NCBI GenBank assembly: GCA_963675295.2
Contig: CAXXKJ010000002.1
Span: 608,001-672,000, forward strand
Origin: a bacterium
GTDB taxonomy: Bacteria > Electryoneota > Electryoneia > Electryoneales > Electryoneaceae
Length of the DNA: 64,000 bases
Direction of reading: 5' to 3'
The position numbers were made by a program, and so were the translations under genes. Positions 58,142 to 64,000 of the stretch are shown here, one piece after another. How positions within the stretch are numbered: position 1 is the first letter of the stretch; each line of letters starts with the position of its first letter. Below the pieces are notes generated by a model. The model worked only from the letters and a program-made list of their open reading frames with translations. It searched no databases and was not told the DNA's origin.

Positions 58142-58173
58142 TTCTTACCACGGACTTAAGTCCGTGGTAAGAA
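58142..58173. repeat. Perfect 32-bp palindrome
   Basis: TTCTTACCACGGACTT|AAGTCCGTGGTAAGAA; related copy at 24066-24087. Confidence 0.8.
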
Positions 58174-58205
58174 GAATGGTACGCAGACACGGGCTAAGGC
58201 CGAAA

Positions 58206-58964
58206 TCATTCAATCGGCTCGCTCAGTGCGCCCTTGGTGAACAGGCGCGCGTCCGGTTCTTCGTTGTAGTGGATCTCGATGGTGTTCATCACCGTGTGCG
58301 AATTCCGCCGGTGGTTGTCCATCCGCATCGAGAACGCGGTCTTGCGGCCGTCCACGGTGCGAAAGTCGGACAGGACCAGGGTCTTCTCCAACCCTTCCTC
58401 GTCATAGTACTCGATCTTTCGCGAGAGGTGGTCGTTGGTTGAGGCCCAGATGATGAGGTGGTCGTAGGACGGTCCGTCCGGAGTCGGTGTCGCCTTCAGT
58501 TTGATCACCGGTTCGCCCTCGAGGGTTTCCTCGCCGAGGACTTCCGCCGTGTAATCTTCCCGCATGTCGCCGGTGGACAGGTCTTCGTAAGAGAAATCGC
58601 TGCCCATCGCGGACTGTTTCAGCGTGTGCCCGGCGTAATGGCGGGTCACATCCCGGCGTTTCATGTAGTACCACACCTGGTCGCCGCCGTCCAGCAGCAG
58701 GATTTTGTCGCCGGCGACGCGGGACGGGTCGGTGTACGCCATCAGCGACACATCTCCGCTGTCCGCGCTGAACGATTCGAAGGTGAAGGTGCGTTCGTCG
58801 CCGGAGGTGGTGGTGATGGTCTGCGTCATCGTGCCAATGGACCACGGTACCGACTCGGCGTCGTCAATCTTGCTCAGCCACCGCTGCCCGGCTTCGTCGG
58901 CGAAGGCGCAGCAAGTGATCAGTAGTATGGCAAATACTGTATGGAAGAAGACTCGTAGCTTCAT
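58206..58964 (-). CDS. LolA-like outer-membrane lipoprotein-sorting protein
   Basis: Signal peptide; 'MGSDFSYEDL', 'KIEYYD..G..K'. Confidence 0.8.
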   Translation of the reverse strand: MKLRVFFHTVFAILLITCCAFADEAGQRWLSKIDDAESVPWSIGTMTQTITTTSGDERTFTFESFSADSGDVSLMAYTDPSRVAGDKILLLDGGDQVWYYMKRRDVTRHYAGHTLKQSAMGSDFSYEDLSTGDMREDYTAEVLGEETLEGEPVIKLKATPTPDGPSYDHLIIWASTNDHLSRKIEYYDEEGLEKTLVLSDFRTVDGRKTAFSMRMDNHRRNSHTVMNTIEIHYNEEPDARLFTKGALSEPIE

Positions 58965-58995
58965 GGTTCTATCCTCAATCTGGTCGTGAACTCTA

Positions 58996-61686
58996 TCAGT
59001 TATTGTCCCGCACAAACACCCGCACCACGGCCGGCAGCACGAACACGGTCGAGAGGAAGCAGAAGCCGACGCCGAGAAACAGCACCATCCCGAAGCTGGC
59101 CATGCCGCGCATGGTGTAAAACGCGATCGAACCGAAGCCGATCATGGTGGTGACGCTGGTCAGCAGGATAGCGCGTCCGACGCGGCTGAACGCGGTTCGG
59201 ATACGGTCCAGAGCGCTGCCGCTCAGTTCACGGAAGCGGTGCAAGGCGTGGACGCCATCATCGATTCCAATTCCGAGAATCACCGGCACTGCGATCAGGT
59301 TGATGTAATTGTATTTCATCCCGGTGACGTACATCAGGCCGAGCATCAGCAGCGCGCCACTCAGAAGCGGAATGACCGCCATCAGGCCGAAGGTGCCACG
59401 GAAGTGGAATAGTAGCAGGATGAAGATAACGCCCAGCGCGAGCAGCGATCCGGTACGTCCGTCACGAAGTGTTTCGACCGTCATCACGATGAACAGTTCC
59501 GCCGTGCTCAGGTGATTCCCGGCGACATCTTCCACCTGCTGGTCGAATCGGTCGAGCTTGTCCTTTTCCCAGATGCTTTCACGTGGCGAAACACGCAGCA
59601 GGTATTCGGCCGAGCCATCCATCGGCAGCAGCGACTTGCGAACCGTTTCGGGCAAATTGTCGAGGGTGCCCGGGGTCGAGTTGGCCATCTGCGGCATGCG
59701 TTCGGCGAGGGACGCATTCCACGCCGCCGCGACTGCCTGCACCCGTGCCCGGCCGGCGTCATCCTCAAACAGTGCCTGCAGCGAGGGAAATACGGCGGTG
59801 GTGTCGGTTTCGTTGGTCTCGGTATCGTACCCGGTGAGGATATCGATAACCGGCCACACCCGGTCGACACCAGCCATGTACGCCTGGTTGCTCATGGTGT
59901 CGAGGTTGTCCCACAGGCGGCTGATCTGTTCGTACAGCTCATCAGTATCGGTGCTCGGATCGGAGTTGGACGCGATCCGTTCGCGCAAGGTCGCGAGTTG
60001 CGGGGCGTACTCGTCAACCCACGCCGGTTTGGTAACATAGTCGCTGACCGAGCTGACCGAACCGACTGCGGGCTTATCATCAAGGGTGTCCTTGAGGACA
60101 CGTGCGCGCTCGATGTCGGTGACGGTGATCCAGCCTGATTGATCGGACATCCCGAACCGATCCGGGATTCCCTGCTGCATCTCGACCGAGGTTAGTCCTT
60201 CAGGCTCGAGATTGAGGAAATTGTATTCAAACGGGATGTCGGTCCAGGCGACGTAGAAACACGCCCCGCCGAGCAGCACCATCACGATCAGCACCAACGC
60301 GGGCCGTTTGAACGACCAAACCGCGATGCTGCCGAGCAACGGCCAGCCTTCCTCAGCATCCGGTGGCAACGGTGCGACGCGTCCCTTGCGGGTGTACCGC
60401 TTCTCCCGCAGCACGAGCAGCGGCGGCAGGGTGAGGAATACCGCGACCAGAGTCAGCAATACGCCCGCACCAGCGGAGAAGCCGAATTCGAACACGCCGC
60501 GCGTGTCGGCGATCATCAGTGCGAAGAACGCCGCCGCGGTGGTCAGTCCGCCGGTGAGCACGCCCCGTCCCGTGCCGCCGATGGTGATCGCGAGCGCATC
60601 CTCGAGGCTGTGACCGGTGCCGCGTTCCTCGCAGAAACGGGTGACGAGGTGCAGCGTGAAGTCGATCCCAAGTCCGATCAATACCAGGCCGAGCATCACG
60701 GTCATGATGTTGATCGAGCCGAACACGACCGCCATCAGGCCCAGCGCCCAGATGATTCCCACCGCCAGCGGCAACATCGCCAGCCACGGCAATCCCCAAC
60801 TGCGGAAATTGCGCACCAGCAGCAAGTAAACGAGAATCCACGCCGCCAGCGTCAACAGCTGGGTGTAGGTGCCGACGCTGTTCATTTCGTCGACGCCGAT
60901 CGGTCCCATGCCGGTGAAGCTGACCTTGACTTCGGGATGTTCCGCGGCAAGCTCACTGACGTACTCTTCCACCTGAGTCGTTAATTCCAGCGCGGCCTCG
61001 GATGCCGACCACATCGGTTCCTTCGGTGTGATCGCGACCAGCAGCATCTTGCGGTCGAGACTCAGCATCCACGGTTCCCCGGCGAGCAAGGCGCGTACGC
61101 CTTCGTCCGCGTTGGCCTCATCGCCGGACAAGCCCTGTTCGAGACGATCGAGGGCGAGACCCATGCCGAGCAGGCCGCGCGCGACCATCAGTTCGTCGTC
61201 GCGCAAGTTGTCGTCGTTGTCCGTGTACTCGCGTTCGAAGTCGTCGTTGATACCGCGCAATACACCGGTCAGACTGGGGTCGTCGTACATCCGCAGCCAG
61301 CGGTCGAAATCTTTCGGTTTCTGCAGCATGAAGCCGTGGTCGAGGAAATACTCCTGCGGCTGCGCACCTTCGACGTGGTAAACACCGTCCATCTCGCGCA
61401 GGGTGGGCACGATTTCTTCCGCGAACGCGACCATGTCGTCACGTTCGCCCTCGATGGCGATGATGATCGACTGTTCGCCGTACTCGTCCACGATCTGCTT
61501 GTAGCCGACGGCGTCCGGATGGTGTTCCGGCAGCAGGTCGATGAAGTTCATCCGGAGTTGCAGTGTTCCCGCCTGCCAGAATGCGGCAAATGTCACAAGC
61601 AGCAGCGCGATCAACATCAGCACCGGACGGTTGACACTGAGCCGCGCAAGACCGCGCGCCCAGCCGGGGATGGTTTCCCGTTTCAT
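58996..61686 (-). CDS. MMPL/RND-family transporter
   Basis: Two TM bundles with 'GLGIDF' and 'GIGIDD', and 'LTT/VTT' motifs. Confidence 0.9.
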   Translation of the reverse strand: MKRETIPGWARGLARLSVNRPVLMLIALLLVTFAAFWQAGTLQLRMNFIDLLPEHHPDAVGYKQIVDEYGEQSIIIAIEGERDDMVAFAEEIVPTLREMDGVYHVEGAQPQEYFLDHGFMLQKPKDFDRWLRMYDDPSLTGVLRGINDDFEREYTDNDDNLRDDELMVARGLLGMGLALDRLEQGLSGDEANADEGVRALLAGEPWMLSLDRKMLLVAITPKEPMWSASEAALELTTQVEEYVSELAAEHPEVKVSFTGMGPIGVDEMNSVGTYTQLLTLAAWILVYLLLVRNFRSWGLPWLAMLPLAVGIIWALGLMAVVFGSINIMTVMLGLVLIGLGIDFTLHLVTRFCEERGTGHSLEDALAITIGGTGRGVLTGGLTTAAAFFALMIADTRGVFEFGFSAGAGVLLTLVAVFLTLPPLLVLREKRYTRKGRVAPLPPDAEEGWPLLGSIAVWSFKRPALVLIVMVLLGGACFYVAWTDIPFEYNFLNLEPEGLTSVEMQQGIPDRFGMSDQSGWITVTDIERARVLKDTLDDKPAVGSVSSVSDYVTKPAWVDEYAPQLATLRERIASNSDPSTDTDELYEQISRLWDNLDTMSNQAYMAGVDRVWPVIDILTGYDTETNETDTTAVFPSLQALFEDDAGRARVQAVAAAWNASLAERMPQMANSTPGTLDNLPETVRKSLLPMDGSAEYLLRVSPRESIWEKDKLDRFDQQVEDVAGNHLSTAELFIVMTVETLRDGRTGSLLALGVIFILLLFHFRGTFGLMAVIPLLSGALLMLGLMYVTGMKYNYINLIAVPVILGIGIDDGVHALHRFRELSGSALDRIRTAFSRVGRAILLTSVTTMIGFGSIAFYTMRGMASFGMVLFLGVGFCFLSTVFVLPAVVRVFVRDNN

Positions 61687-62348
61687 GCGTTCATTCCCCT
61701 ATATGATTCGTTCGGATGCGGTAGCAAACCGTGGACGATGAACTCGGTGGTTTCGTGGACCAGCGATTCGACATCCATCTGAATGGCAACCGCGTCCGGG
61801 TTCATCAGGAAAATGTGTACGGTGTCGAGCAAGGTCTGAATGATCCAGGTAGCCATTTCCGGATCGAGTTTGCGGAATTCACCGCTTTCGACGCCTTCCC
61901 GCAGAAAGCTCGACAACAGGTTGATCACCGAATACAATTCGGTGTTGGTGGGGGCGATGTGGGTCATGGTGCGCATCAACTCGGCGTCCTCCAGCAACAC
62001 CTGAAACAACGGATGCTCCTGCACCACGGCGAAGTAGGTGGTGAGGTAATGCCGCACCTTGCCGGTCGCCGAAGCACCTTCGGGCAGGGTGGCCATCACC
62101 TGGTCGGTCAGGTCCTGCGCCAGCGCGCTGTGCATCTGCACCAGCAGGTCGAGCTTGTCATTGAATAGTTCGTAGAAGGTGCGTTTCGACATCTTCGCCG
62201 CCTTGCACACCTCCTCGATGGTGGTTTTCTTGAAGCCGAAGCGAACGAACAGCGGCTCGGCCGCGGTGAAAAGCTGCCGGCGTTTCGCGCGTTCCGGATC
62301 GCTGGTGGTGCGATTATCGGTTTCGTTTTGTGGTGGTTGCATTGTCAT
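61683..62348 (-). CDS. TetR/AcrR-family regulator
   Basis: 'LFVRFGFKKTTIEEVCKAAKMSKRTFYELF..K'; overlaps the MMPL start (ATGA). Confidence 0.9.
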   Translation of the reverse strand: MTMQPPQNETDNRTTSDPERAKRRQLFTAAEPLFVRFGFKKTTIEEVCKAAKMSKRTFYELFNDKLDLLVQMHSALAQDLTDQVMATLPEGASATGKVRHYLTTYFAVVQEHPLFQVLLEDAELMRTMTHIAPTNTELYSVINLLSSFLREGVESGEFRKLDPEMATWIIQTLLDTVHIFLMNPDAVAIQMDVESLVHETTEFIVHGLLPHPNESYRGMNA

Positions 62349-62407
62349 GGTTTGCCTCGATACGTCCAGGCCGCCTGATGATTCCGGCTAACCTGGCTGC
62401 TTCGGAA

Positions 62408-62442
62408 ACGAGAAAACGATACAACGAACATCGTTTTCTCGT
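62408..62442. promoter_or_regulatory. Candidate TetR operator
   Basis: 13-bp perfect inverted repeat ACGAGAAAACGAT-N9-ATCGTTTTCTCGT about 60 nt upstream of tetR. Confidence 0.55.
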
Positions 62443-63023
62443 GTCGGAAGATATCGGCGGAAGCAGGGCAAGTCAAGGGGGAATGGAGAGACCTCCCTCT
62501 CCCTGCAGTTTTCGAGCAATTTTCGAGGATTGGCGTAGGGTTCCGGGTATGGGGTTTTGTATGTTACAGCAATGAGAAACGGGGCGTCGGCAGGAGACAT
62601 GGTCTCGGTTGGGTAGGCTAAATCAGCGATTGGAGTGATGATTTGGGGCAATTTAAGAAGCCAACCTGTTGATACAACGGTAGTTCTGTTCAAGTCCAGG
62701 GAGAGGCAGGACAGTGCGGGAGTCGGGTGCGAGCCTGTGACAGCCGTCATCGGGGGAGGCCTGTGCGGCGGTTAGATTAGGTGCGCCAAACTATTGCTGC
62801 TTGGTTGAGATACGTTGGACAAAACTTGGTGTTTTCGAAGATTGGAGGATACTTATCCGATTCTTCGTACAATTGTTGAATGTTTGCCGGTACGTTTCGC
62901 GTGGGCATGCGGAACGTGGGCTTGGTACGATACAGTGAGAATCAAGCGAATTGGTGAGTGGGAGAGTTCGCCAAAAATTCGCTCAGGGCACGAGCCACGA
63001 TGGAGAATGCAGGAGTGACCCAC

Positions 63024-64000
63024 GTGAAAGATATTCGAAATAAGACAGGTCTGCGCAGCATCGCCACAGGTATGGCCGCTGTGTTGCTGGTGATGATGGT
63101 GGTGTTCTCCGCCAACGCACAGCTGACTGCGAGTTGGTTCCATGTCTATGGCGGTGCGAGCGAGGACTATGGCAAGGATGTGATCGCGACGGCTGATGGT
63201 GGTTTCGCGGCGGTCGGCATCACGAAATCATTCGCCGAACCGACCGGCGACATCGCGGTGCTTAAGGTTGGCGACATTGGTCAGTACGAATGGGGCCGAA
63301 CCTTTGGCCGCAACTCGCTGGACAACGGCAAGGAGCTGGTGCAGACTGCGGACGGCGGGTTTGTCGTTTGTGGCTATGCGTTTTCGTTCGGCACCGGCCC
63401 GGGCGATCGTGAAGCGGTCGTGTTCAAGGTCGACGCCAGTGGCGAACGTGTCTGGGGTAACGCGTATGGCGGTCCCGGAACCGATACGGCGTTCGACCTG
63501 GTCGCGATGGAAGGCGGCGGTTTCTACTCGGCAGGCGATTACGAATTTACCAGCACCGGCGCGCGCAGCACGTATCTGCACCGTCTTGACGATGATGGCA
63601 CCACGATCTGGGAAGTGATCATCGGCGATGACACCATCGACGAACGCACCTTCACCGGCTGCCAACTGACCAACAGCGATCTGGTGTATGCCGGATGGCG
63701 ACGGGTTCAGGTTGGACAGGTCCCGGACTTTGTCTTTGGCGCGGTGGATACTTCCGGCAACGAATTGTGGGACACGTCCTTCGGTTCAGACGGGCTGGAC
63801 ATCATTCGTCGTGTGCGTCCTCTGCCGACAGGTGGTTTCATCGCCATCGGCGAGACGGATTTGCTGTACGGCACTGAGAACGAGCACACAGATCTCTTCA
63901 TCGCCAAGTTCACGGAAACTGGCGACACCAGTTGGACGCGTCAGGTCGGCACCTCCGGCGACGAAGACTGCAACTCGCTTGAAATCACCAGCGAAGGCGA
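63024..64000 (+). CDS. Secreted beta-propeller-repeat protein (3' truncated by window; absent from ORF track)
   Basis: AGGAG then GTG 63024: MKDIRNKTGLRSIATGMAAVLLVMMVVFSANAQ..., followed by 'YGG.SEDYG...TADGGF' repeats. Confidence 0.8.
   Translation, partial: MKDIRNKTGLRSIATGMAAVLLVMMVVFSANAQLTASWFHVYGGASEDYGKDVIATADGGFAAVGITKSFAEPTGDIAVLKVGDIGQYEWGRTFGRNSLDNGKELVQTADGGFVVCGYAFSFGTGPGDREAVVFKVDASGERVWGNAYGGPGTDTAFDLVAMEGGGFYSAGDYEFTSTGARSTYLHRLDDDGTTIWEVIIGDDTIDERTFTGCQLTNSDLVYAGWRRVQVGQVPDFVFGAVDTSGNELWDTSFGSDGLDIIRRVRPLPTGGFIAIGETDLLYGTENEHTDLFIAKFTETGDTSWTRQVGTSGDEDCNSLEITSEG

Overview
A 64-kb window from a GC-rich diderm bacterium. The many proteins with T9SS/Por-type C-terminal sorting domains suggest the FCB group, but this is inference. 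Left part: surface-glycan genes, tRNA-Ser(CGA), two paralogous secreted beta-propeller proteins, an ABC permease, kdsD, a ptsH-ptsI-metK-ahcY operon, a lipoprotein/beta-barrel pair, pal and cpoB. Centre: a ~17.8-kb element integrated in tRNA-Gln(CTG), bounded by a 28-bp att repeat at 25874-25901 and 43625-43652. It carries a tyrosine integrase, a PrimPol-SF3 primase-helicase, a type I R-M system followed by a PHP-ATPase defence gene, and a DUF932/Cas4-like/SSB-like operon. Right part: more T9SS-type cargo, a four-gene minus-strand cluster, a TetR-MMPL-LolA-like-beta-barrel operon and a truncated secreted protein. The four-gene cluster encodes a secretin, two secreted subunits resembling chaperone-usher pilins and a tandem PapD-like chaperone, with no usher or ATPase beside it. 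It is the best candidate here for an undescribed surface-fibre assembly system. Intergenic DNA carries GTGG-type REP-like palindromes and degenerate 7-mer tracts. No CRISPR array or rRNA was seen. All calls come from motif recognition by eye, not database searches.
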